A stretch of DNA of 60,571 bases, counting the filler, from Catajapyx aquilonaris (Eukaryota): NCBI GenBank assembly GCA_000934665.2. It is 2 parts of 2 records of this genome, joined end to end, with 100 filler letters (N's around TTAATTAATTAA, not from the genome) between each part and the next. Parts side by side here need not be neighbours in the genome. Positions count along the whole stretch, not along the records: positions 1 to 30,037 come from KZ539198.1; 1 more part is not named here. The stretch is one strand, 5' to 3'. Both the position numbers and the translations under genes were made by a program. This document shows positions 12,504 to 23,700 of the stretch, piece after piece. Within the stretch, counting starts at the first letter, position 1. Each line of letters begins with the position of its first letter. Under the pieces are notes generated by a model. The model did not search any database, was not told the DNA's origin, and saw only the letters and a program-made list of their open reading frames with translations.

Positions 12504-13244
12504 ATGAGACGAGCCTCTACCAAAGACAGCAAAGGCCCTTCCAGCAACCAAGACCCTGCAACTCTATGGGCGAAATTGTTGAGTCTCCCCTCAGCCGAAG
12601 ACGCCCTCCGTCGTCGCCCTTCCTTCCGTCCCGAAGAAGTACCCGTCTCCGATGACTCCTCCTCCACATCCGACTCAGAAGATTGGCCCAGTGACATCCG
12701 GGTGATCCGTAAGGACAGTGACATCCACCATCGTGAGCCCACCCTAGCCGATTTCACTCCAGAGTTCCAACAAGCAATGGCAGCATGTCGTGGTCCACAA
12801 CAGCCGCTGATGACACTTCCTGACATTCCCCAAGTGCCGACCAAAGTGCCGCACAAAGTGACATTCGCAGAGGAGGATTCGAGCGAAACTGAGCCCCGAT
12901 CCATCCATTCACCACCGAAACTGCCGGTGCAACCACTACCAGAGAAGATTCGCATGCTCAGCAGTGATGATTCCGAAGACGACTTGGAGTCCTCCGCACC
13001 GTCAACCCTAACTCCGTTGTCGTCGGACTTGTCGACAGCCTTTCAGGTTTACCCCCTGAATTACAACTCCTTAGTCCACGAACCATTAGGGGAACCCATG
13101 GCACCTCACTGGGCCTACAGTGAAGCCTGGACCAAGTGCATGGACTGGCTGCACCATAGATACGATCCTCCTCCACCTCGTCCACCTCCCAAGTATTTCC
13201 AGGCCAAAGCACGCAAATACATCAACTATTATCGCAACTGGTAA
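12504..13244 (+). CDS. Hypothetical Pro/Ser/acidic-rich protein, intronless ORF (about 246 aa from ATG 12504)
   Basis: Long, GC-elevated ORF in an AT-rich context with disordered composition and linear motifs RRRPS, KVTF and PPPPRPPP. No family recognised. Confidence 0.55.
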   Translation: MRRASTKDSKGPSSNQDPATLWAKLLSLPSAEDALRRRPSFRPEEVPVSDDSSSTSDSEDWPSDIRVIRKDSDIHHREPTLADFTPEFQQAMAACRGPQQPLMTLPDIPQVPTKVPHKVTFAEEDSSETEPRSIHSPPKLPVQPLPEKIRMLSSDDSEDDLESSAPSTLTPLSSDLSTAFQVYPLNYNSLVHEPLGEPMAPHWAYSEAWTKCMDWLHHRYDPPPPRPPPKYFQAKARKYINYYRNW

Positions 13245-13347
13245 TTTCAATGCTCCCTCAGTGCCCGCTGTTGATTAGTTTCAAGGACTTTCGTAATGGG
13301 CACGCTTCACCAACTTATAGGGGCCTATGATCTAACCTTTCTTCCCG

Positions 13348-13401
13348 GCGGATACACGCCTATCCTTCAGCGGTTACACGCCTATCCTTCAGCGGATACA
13401 C
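13348..13401. repeat. 22-bp tandem direct repeat (about 2.4 copies)
   Basis: gcggatacacgcctatccttca repeated with one substitution. Confidence 0.85.
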
Positions 13402-13559
13402 ATCTATATTACTGTAGTTTGAACAATACAGTGCTCCACTGTAATTTTGTAAATATAATTAATGTTTATGGGACATTTCTCAACTGCTGATAGTAGGGAA
13501 ATACTCATGTAGCACGTCATGTACGAGTAGTAAAAATAAATACGATCAAACATATTCGT

Positions 13560-13897
13560 CACAGTTTGTGCAAGGCGCCAATCGTGGCAGTAGTGCAGTG
13601 CGTCTTTCTTTCCCTCCCTCCCCTTTGTGACTCGCCGCGTGGGCTGCTCCACCTGGCAACTGTGAATGACGTCACTTCGCTCCGCTCCCCCCTTTCCCTC
13701 TCCCTCCCCCCCCCCCCCNNNNNNNNNNNNNNNNNNNNNNNNNNNNCCCTTTCCCTCTCCCTCCCCCCCCCCTCCCCTTCCACTTCGCCATTTCCCCGAA
13801 GAGTGAGCAACAAGCGGAGAAGACGACGGTTGGAGGCGAAGAAGCGACGCTCCACCGACGTCGCCCTTCGCCCCAAACAGACGGAACGGTGGGGGCC
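13560..13897 (+). promoter_or_regulatory. CpG-rich cyclin L promoter/5'UTR with CRE palindrome
   Basis: TGACGTCA at 13667-13674, C-rich tracts, GCCATTT at about 13787, and a strong GCCATGG Kozak at the start codon. Confidence 0.6.
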
Positions 13898-16800
13898 ATG
13901 GACGGTGGAGGCGGCGGCGGTCAGGCTGCACTCCTCGGAGGCGGAGGGGCAGTGCAGCCTCTGCCCAACTCCACGGGCGTTGCTGCGACGCAACCAAACA
14001 AGAAGGGCGTCCAGCAAGGGCAGCAACCCCAGCAGCCTCAACCGCAGACCCAGCAGCCCCAGCCGAACCCGGTCGGCCTCACCTACGGGAAGGTCCTGCT
14101 CAAGCTGCAGAACTGCTTGTTGCCACCGGAGAAGCTCATTCCGACGCCCTCTCAGTCGGATGGGCTGGACCAGGAGACTGAGAACGACCTCAGGGTGCTG
14201 GGGTGCGAGCTGGTGCAGCTTGCTGGGATTCTGCTCAGATTGCCACAGGTAACATGCAGCCCGAAGATTGAGAACAAGGGGTTTCATTCACACGAAGCAT
14301 ACCTCGCGTCTTGTTAATAGGAAAACGACTTGTGCTTCCTAACCCCAACATGTCGGAAAGGCAGTTTAGTCGTGGGAAAACCTAGGTGGAATCAGTCAAT
14401 AACTCTTATGTCAGTTTTGTCCCAATTGAGGTTACTACACTTTTGTAGTGTATAAAATGTGGGGTTTTTTGGTAATTTTGTGTAAATTAATGCAGACATT
14501 TACTGAGTTTTGCATCACTCACAGTCCTGATTGTGTCAGATATCATTTGGGGTATGTTGTCACGACCTTGTTCCGTCTGATCTCAGTGACATTCCAGACC
14601 TCCTTGTAAGCCATCTGATCAGAAATAGGCCTCACGTTTTTGGCCTTTGGGTGTCTGCCCTACTCAATGGTCACAGTTAAATTGTGTGTAGAAATAGTGT
14701 GAGTGAGTGCATGGAATGTTAGAAGATAGTTTGAAACAAGAAGGGTAAAGGCAGCAACTAGGTCAGGTGCTGACTCGTAGGGAATTTCACTGCTTATGCA
14801 GCACATTATTGCATGGCTAATTATGGAATGCTCAAGTACAGTGCATTCCGACCAGTTGAGTCACAGAGATACAGTAAAACTTCTATAAGTTGGAGTTCTC
14901 TATAAGTCAAAGAAAATAATGAGCTTGGTTGGTCACAATGTAAAATAATGGAAGTAAACTTCCCTAACTCGAATTTCTGTAACTCAAAGGGCCGTACGAT
15001 GGGATATTGATGCATTTTCAGTCTCCCTAAATCGAAGTTCATGTCAGTGAGTACGGGAAATTTTCTCATTTTCCAGCTGAAGGGTAGAGAGTAGGCCACA
15101 CGTACAGAAAGGCTCAATTTCCTGATCTTGTCTACCAGACGTACTGAAAGAAGGGTTTGACTCGACTCGATTGTGACAATTGAATCCGTGAATCTAAGAG
15201 TAGGCAAATGTCCATAATGGAGATTTTTTTACAGCAGAACAATGAGGAACATTGCAAGTGTGATAGTGACAGTTATTTTTAAGTTTTGAACACTGGATAT
15301 AAAGGTAGGCTTCCTTACAGAGTTATGGGCTTTAAAAAATTCCCAACTTCTCTAACTCGAATCTTCTATAATCTAAGCTTGTTCCCGGTCCCATGGAGAT
15401 TAGACTCATGGAAGTTTTACTGTATATATATTATGCAGCCCACTGAACCAAGGATATATCATTGGTTCACTAAAACTGTTTATAATGGCAATGAAACCAG
15501 GCCAAATTTGCTTATTGAGATTGTAACAAGACAATCTACTTCAACAGCTTTTGCCACATTTCATACTGCCAGAGTGTGAAATGGTGTTATTGCATCATTT
15601 GAGAAAGCGAGGCTTTATTGTGTTTGTAAATTGAGCTCAGAATTATTCTTCATTTACATCCATGTCACGCAGCAAATGTCATGTTTTGGTGACAAGTGTT
15701 CACATTACGACCTGTTGGCCTAGTTGCCTGTTGAAGAGTGCGACCTGGATGATCTGTTCCACAGTCAGATTTAATATAAAATGGCCAGTAGAAATGAGAC
15801 ACATTCAGTGAAGTTCAGTCTTGTTTGAACATAGTGAGTTAGGCTTAAATGATAACCTGACAGAAGCACGATACATGTTGCTAACAAAGTAACTCTTGGT
15901 TTTCAGGTGGCAATGGCAACGGGCCAGGTTCTTTTCCAGCGCTTCTACTACTCCAAGTCCTTTGTAAGACACCCAATGGAAACAACAGCAATGGGATGTG
16001 TATGCCTGGCATCAAAAATAGAGGAGGCTCCCAGGCGAATAAGAGATGTTATAAACGTGTTCCATCACATCAAGCAGGTCAAGAATGGAAAGTGAGTATT
16101 GCTTTTTCCACGTCTACAGGTGGGCCAAGCTCATATAACTATTGCAATTATCAGGAAGGGTGATTAGAAGTTACATAATTGAGGTTGCAGAATGGGCGAT
16201 CTGGTGATGGGGCAGTGGAGTGGAATTTTTGCTTACAATCTAGTCATGAGCTTGGCCTGCAGCTATTTGCTTTTATGAATGTGATATCTGCGTTGTTGTT
16301 GTTTTTTTTTTGTCACATGCTAAGTTTCCTGTGAAGACACTTCTGGGGAGTGCTTAGGAAGCTTTTTTTTTTCACAATGTGAATTGCCATGTTAGTGATT
16401 TTTTTTGCCTTGTATATAAATGAAGCTGTAGCATTTGCATAGTTTTTTTTTGCCATAGAATATTATTTTGTCATTAGCTATTGGTGCAACTTTATGCAGC
16501 ATTCAAGGAAGCATAAAATAGGTTTTCTCTCTCTTTACATTGTTATTTTTTCGCGTTAGATTTTGTAATGTAAAAAAGGAAGTGCCAAATGTGCATTGCT
16601 TTTAGTTCAGTGAGTGAATGTGGAAATCGAGTACAGATCAGAGGATTGTCTTGAATATGGCTCCTATTTTTTGGTGGTGGACAGTACTGTAGTGAAGAAG
16701 AAAAAATGCAATTTTTTTCAGCATTTAAGAAGTAAGCTTAACAAGTTTACAAGTCGAATCCTGTTGGGAATTGACGCCAAGTGTGGTTTGCATTGCAGTT

Positions 16801-19800
16801 GACAGATGCAACCCACTGACCCAATTACCAAAAAAAGAAATGTTGGCAACTTATTTTGCCAATTATTGACCTCTAGGGGTCAATTTTGTTGCTCTTTAAG
16901 TTGCGATTGGGGTCCTGATTGGGTTCAGTTTCCAGAGTTGGGTCATTTTTGATCTAAGACGAGCATTATTTTCTTAGTTCTGAGAAGCACTCAGCCTGGA
17001 TACCTCCCAGATTTGGGAGAGGTTGAGTGACTGAGACAGAAAGAAGGAAAAGTAAGGGAGACTCCCCCCTTGGATGGACCAGAAAAAAAGGACCTGGCAC
17101 CTCCCAAAAATGACCAAAGTCCACATATCTAAGCCTGCTGCCTTCGGCCAAAAGGTGATTATTGCGTGGGAAAATTGTTGTCGATGTGACATTTTACTTT
17201 GTTCTGTTATTAATTTGGTTTCATCTCTTTTGTAGGTACACGAAGGACACGAATTTGTTGGCAAAACTGGCTTGGAATATGGAACCAATAAGTCAGTGAC
17301 GTGGATTTTTGGGAAAGCCTTCATCCTTGAATTTGATGATTGTTGGTTAACAGAAATGGAGACAAATTTGGATGTTTTCTGATCTGTACTAGATAAAAAT
17401 TTTTGTTTTCGACTATGCAAAGGCTTAAGTGATAAATGTTGAACTGAAATGTTAAGATTGGGAGGATTTTTTTTTTGTTCAATTCTGTTTTCTAACCGGG
17501 AGGGTCTTGCATGGTCTTTGCGACGAATCCATTTTCAGAACCATCCAGCCCATGATCCTGGATCAAAATTACATAGCACTCAAGAATCAGGTGATCAAAG
17601 CAGAGAGGCGGGTCCTGAAGGAGCTAGGGTTCTGTGTGCATGTCAAACATCCACACAAGATCATCGTTATGTACTTGCAGGTGTTAGGATTCCAGAATAA
17701 TGCAGCACTCATGCAGATGTCATGGTGAGTTCAAAGGTTCTAGCTCCTTTAAAAAAATGTTGAGGAATTTTTACAATCAGCATTATACTTTTTCTTCATA
17801 ATTTTCACTTGCATTTGCATTTATTGAACTTGAACCAAATGTTTTGCCGAGGTTGACACTGTCTTGTTAAACTGTTTCACCTGTTCTACTCTTGTAATTC
17901 TCAACACTAATGTTGGTTGAACTTGTCATTTGTAACTGAAATAATCATAGATGCTCATTAGGCCTTGCTTAGTATTGCAGTAATTGTTTGTTACATGCTA
18001 ACCTGTATGCATCAGATGTGCGTTGTTCACTTGCAGGAACTACATGAATGATGCTTTGCGCACTGAGGTGTTTGTCAGGTATCATCCAGAGACCATAGCC
18101 TGCAGCTGCATCTTCTTGAGTGCCAGGCAGCTCAAGATACCGCTGCCAAAAAATCCTGTTTGGTTTCACATTTTCAATGTCAAGGACGTTGATGTGCATG
18201 ACATTTGCTTTCGCATACTCAAGCTGTATACCAAGTCCAAGGTGAGCCATTGAACTGCTGTTGTGTCTTCTAAGAGTATTTAATAAGGGTTGTTCAAGAT
18301 GTTGGAAAGTAAGCCAAAATTTTGGGATGAGTAGCTTATATCGTTGGAAAGGATGAGGAAATTGTTGCAATATAATCATTTATTCATTACCGTTAATTTT
18401 ATTGTCATTCATTTGTAAAGGTTTCAAGAAAGGCCTACAATTTACTGACACTTGCCTGCTGTAATATTCAATTAGGGAAAGGATAAGAATTTCAAAATTC
18501 AGTTTCATAAGCAAATGCTCACAGAATTTGTAAGTTAAAACAAGGTGATGCATTTGCCAGCCAGTACAGAGTTAGACATTAATGGCGTCGAACTGCTAGC
18601 GACATTCTCCGCAGTGGCAGCAGAACGAATCGAAGCAATGATAGTGCGAGTCGTGCGAACAAGATTCGTTCTTCTGCTGCTTTGGAAAATGTTGCTAGCA
18701 GTACGACGCTGTACCCTCAAGTATGATGGCAAAAAATGGATAAATGCACAGTATCAATATTTGTGACACTTCTGGAAGTATGGTGATGCCTTTGCTTTAC
18801 TTCATACTAGCGAATGATTTCCATGGGTTGATTTTAAAAATAAATTGCAGGGAATGGTTCGCTTCATCTCCTAATTGTTGGAGTGGCCAAAATAGTTGGA
18901 ATGATGTCAATATTGCCAATCACTCATTCTGCTGCAATTGCTATTGTAACCACGAGTAATGAAAATGAAGTTAACTTGTTTTACAAATAGTAAATAAACA
19001 ATTTGGAAGGGTGTGAAATAGATTTAGGATAAATATATGCCATCGCAGTTGTAATGATGATGATTTTGTATGTGATTATTTCTGTCCATACCAGCCAAAT
19101 GCTGAGGATCTTGAAAAGAAAGTGGAGGAGCTGCGTAAAGCATACCAGGAGGCTCGTCTCAGAGCCAAAGGCCAGTCTGAGGGCAATACTCCAGCTGGAT
19201 CTGGGTTCAGCCCTAGTTCCAGGCCAACCTCCCCAGACAACAAGATTTCCCCAGGAGACCCTAATGCTCCTTCTAATGCCAATGCCACTTCCAAGAAAGG
19301 CGAGTCTGGCGATGACTCCAACAACGGCAGCAACAACAACACGTCCAGCGCAAACAACAATCACCACCATTCACACCATCATTCACATCATCATCCGCAC
19401 CACCATCACTCCCACTTGCAGGGAGGGAGTCAGAGTCGCTCTAGGTCTGAGTCACGGTCTAGATCACGGTCCAGAAGCAAGAGCAGGAGCAGGAGCCCAA
19501 TGGACAAGCCCAGGAAGTCACGGAAGAAGTCAAGATCACATGAGAGGAGGAAGAAAGGACATAGAGGTATCAGTGGTGGAGGAGGGAGGAGGAGTTATTC
19601 GCCTCATAGCAGAACTCCGAGCTTAAGTCCACCCAAGAAAAAATCACACAGGTAAGAAAATAATACCTTGTTGCCATTTGACCCTTGTGACTAAGCAGAG
19701 TAGATTAGAGGTAAGAAATTTATTGTAATATATTTGTCCACAGAGAGAAGAACCGCTATCGTTCTCGGTCAAGGTCACGGGATCGGGACCGAGATCGTGG

Positions 19801-19942
19801 ACGGGACCGTAGCCGTTCAAGAAGCCATGAAAAATACGACAGATATGACAAGTACTATGATAAATTCAAGTCGAAAAGTGGGAAGCATCGTGGAGGTATG
19901 GATGACGACCATTCCAAAATTAGGTCAAAAGATCGCAGGTGA
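13898..19942 (+). CDS. CCNL1: Cyclin L (cyclin-L1-like) with C-terminal RS domain, about 560 aa
   Basis: Exons 13898-14248, 15907-16091, 17539-17724, 18037-18241, 19095-19651 and 19744-19942 are in frame. Motifs [81 protein letters not shown] and RS repeats. AATAAA at 20686-20691. Confidence 0.97.
14872..15422. mobile_element. Tigger/pogo-type MITE in cyclin L intron 1
   Basis: TA|cagtaaaacttc ... gaagttttactg|TA terminal inverted repeats. Confidence 0.75.
18585..18709 (+). ncRNA. Candidate structured RNA element (47-bp stem) in cyclin L intron 4
   Basis: Arm gcgtcgaactgctagcgacattctccgcagtggcagcagaacgaatc pairs with gattcgttcttctgctgctttggaaaatgttgctagcagtacgacgc, with 4 G-U pairs on the sense strand and 4 mismatches. 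Confidence 0.55.
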
Positions 19943-20797
19943 CAGGATCAAGTGTGTGATTTACAGTAAGCCCACTGTCTGGACTTTTGGTCTCCTGTAC
20001 TGTGTATTTTTGCTGATTGTGCAGAATTGTGAAGCGTTGAGAATACCATTTGGTTACTCCTGACTGTACTCCCTAAAAATATTTAATATTTAAGAATATT
20101 ATTAATTTTCTTATTTATGACAAAGTACTGATGCAAAGCCAGATAATGCAGGAATTGTCTTTGAATGAGAAACAAACTTCAGGACACTTATTTTTTGATA
20201 GTAAATGTTTGCTTTCTCACATGAGGGGGTCAGCAGGGTTGTTCATTTTACAGGATTAGGTGGCATCATGTGGACATTGGATTTGATTCCAGTCAACTGT
20301 TGCCTTTGGGACATTTGAGAGACTTTGCTGACGGCATCATCTTGGTTATGTGTAACCGAGATGATGCTACCTGCAATAGAAATTTGTATTCTGCTATAAG
20401 GGTGGTAATTATGTCGAGTATAACACACGTGACTGGCATCCTCCAGGTTCTCTGCCAGTGTGTACTTAATGCTGCCTGATGACCTGTATTGCCATAAATC
20501 AGATGTGGATCCGATCATGTTTTTGACATGTAGATATTGTGTGATATACAATTGACTCAATTATAGGTTACTATAAAATTGTATATAAAGCACAATCAGC
20601 GAAGATATTTGGACATGAATAATGTGCAAAAACTTAAGGCTGTTTTCTGGCCATTAACTTGTTTTGATTTTTTTTGTGGTATCCCAATAAATGGGGTTGT
20701 CAACAAAATTGAATGTTTCTATGGTATCTGCAGTGTTTTCAGTTGAAAGTATTCTTTAGGGTCGGCAACGTATAGTTTTAAGAGGAATTGGCCCAAG

Positions 20798-23700
20798 ATG
20801 AGCTCAGAAGACGTAGAATCCAAATTGAGTCAGACCAATTCGATCAGGTCGAGCTCCCTTCTGTCTGTCAAGCCCCCAAGGCGCAAGACCAGGAGGAAGA
20901 CGGCCATGACGGTTACAGTCAAAACCAAGAGGAAGAGCATACAGCCACAACCTGATCCAACCCGTCATGCCCCCGTGCTGGATTTCTCCTTCTTATGCCT
21001 CGCCAGTGCCCAGGGTAATATTATGATATAGCATGGGTTACTTTACCTCTCTTATTTACACCAAGACTTGATTAATTTTAAAAGTCCACATAATATGATG
21101 AAAGCAGGAATTTTGCTAAAAGGACTGTGTGTGACTTGAAAAGCTGTTCAAGCTAAAGGCTGGAAAAGCCATTCCTTTTTGAGTGGCATGTAGATGCCCA
21201 TTACATTGGGTTGTGAGACTGGTAGTCAATCTGTAAGAATAAGTTATTAATCCTGTATGAATAACACCGTCACTTATTCAGGATCTACCACCCATCACAA
21301 CTACGACTCAGCAAAATGTGCCACAAAACAGGAAATTGACAAGTACAGTCCTCACTGGACGGTGGGACAAAGCAGTTGCCATATTAGATGATGATATTGG
21401 TATCTTGACTTTTACGAGAGGGAGTCTATATACCTTAATGTTTAGGTCAAGCCAGGAATCCCTGGTGAAGCCTACTGAGCAGTCATGACTGACCTCAGGC
21501 ATTTTAAATCATTTACTACTATGAAAAGTGCCTAGCTGTCCTATCGATATGCAACAGCTTGCTTAGATAAATACTCGTCATGTGCATGAACCATTTATCA
21601 AGTGACAACCATGGTAACCCTTGGCCACAGTGCCCTTGGCTATGCAGGGAGAAGGGAAACTCGCAGACAATCGCCAGGTAGACTGATATACTCGCAAAAC
21701 TAATATAGGAATGTGCAATTAGTTTTGGATGCCGTTGCATAGTTAATGCGTATGGCGCAGTCAATGGTTTGTGATGACACATCCTTTCCGCCCTCGAGGG
21801 CCTTCGAACAATCCAGCCTTGGGTCCGTAACACATCCATGTACAATAGGTTATCAAATCCCGTCAGAGTAAGAATCCGGGTGTGACACCCATGCTTTACC
21901 TCATATATTTTACCATCCGGCCCTCTGCACTTTAAAGGTGCCCAAAAACTAATTGCACATCCCTATATTAGTTTTACAAGTACTATCAGTCTACCTGGAG
22001 ATTGTCTGCGAGTTCCCCTTCACCCTCTATAGAGTAACTTGACAGTAATGGAAAGTAACTAGGGTAAGTTGGGGTAAGTGCGACGATGGGACAAGTATGG
22101 AATTGGTTCTAATATGTAGGACAAGGGGACAGGAGTGAGAGAAAATCATGTAAACGTTTACGTCATAATCAGAGTGGTTTTTAAAAAGGCGGCCGCACTT
22201 GCCCCTAACTAGCATGGTCAGGGGCAAGCGCAAACTGTACCCAATTAATACGGGTATATGGATTGAAATTCACTATTGGAGGTAGGGAGATGAAGTGGTG
22301 TCGCGGTAACACGTGTGCCCACGGATATGAAGGTCCCAGGTTCAATCCCCACCCGGGGGAGTTCACAAAATGACCAATTAACGACAGCGCACATGCACTT
22401 TGCACATCCCCTCCTACCAACCCTTGGAGTAATTCATAAGATTCTCTTACATGCTCCAAAAACAAATACCAATGGTGGTAATCCACCACCCCCTATAGAC
22501 CCAACAGATCATCACGGGGTAAAATTTAAAAAAAAAAAAAAACTATTGGAGGAATTAAACTAGTGGGTCGCCAGAAGAGGCGACAACGACAAGACATCTT
22601 TATGCGGTTACCAATGGATATTCTGCGACTGGCGACGGGCCAATTTTGAACACAGGTGTGAAAATACGTCCAAATAATGCATTTTAATCAGATACTGCAA
22701 GTAATGTTAGCCAACCTGTTGCGGAGCAGTGAATAAAAGGAAGAACTTCTTGGAATTTTTTATTCAGGAAAAACAGACTGTCGGAGGAAGTTTGTCTTTG
22801 TAGCACTAGTCCTATATGCAACCCAAGCAATGTTTATTACTTAGAGAATTCCACATTTGCACTTACCCCATATTGCGGGGCAAGTGTGGCACTGTGCACC
22901 ACATGCATATTTTAATTATTTTTCGGAGCACCCACATGATGAATGTTATGCAATAGGCCACTTTGAAAGCCAATAAGGTAAGGTATATTGTCCATTACTT
23001 TTTTTCTCACATGCTAATATATTACTGAGGAAGTAGCATGCGTTTACTAATCAAAATCCAGCTGCACTTACCCTGATGTACCCTACTTAAAAATGAGCAG
23101 CTTACAAGTTAGTGCCAACATAACACTAAAATGGCCTCTTCACTTGGTTTGCGGGATCATTCACAAATGCGGGTAAGTTTGCTATATGCATAGCTATTGA
23201 CACTGACAGTAGGCACTGTGAGTGGGGATAGCTTTATCTTTGCATCTTTCCTTTTCTAATAATGAAACAGGCCTTGAAACAGGCAGACCCATTTATTTCA
23301 TGATGAAGCTTTAATTTATACCATCAAGCATGGCATGCAAATAGAGCATATTTTGAGATGTCAGGTTTATTCACCTGGTCTGTGCCCTTGAAAATTGACC
23401 ACACTCCAAAAATTAGACAGTGAAAACAACTTTCAAAAACATTTCTGAACTGCACTAACATTAGCAGCAGGTGAATAATAATATCTGATGGAAGCCAATT
23501 ACCATCACCAAGGATGCATTATTCCATACATTTCGGAGTTTATCTCTCATCCCCATCACAGAAATTGTTGCAGACACTACTCCATGAACATAACATTGAG
23601 CTTGGCATATACAGTAAGACCTCGATATAATGCTTCTGCATAATTATAACGCTTTCCCACTTTTAATGCCCCTTTTTTCCAGTCCCTCGATCATTTCCAT

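Noticed and set aside
13348..13401. Short direct repeats considered as CRISPR-like
   Set aside because: The units are contiguous without spacers, the context is eukaryotic and there are no cas genes.
13404..14287. Long overlapping ORFs (197-242 aa) on both strands
   Set aside because: They run through Ns and are GC-rich shadows of cyclin L exon 1 and its promoter.
19054..19626. 190-aa alternative-frame ORF over cyclin L exon 5
   Set aside because: A by-product of low-complexity His/Asn/RS codons; no independent evidence.
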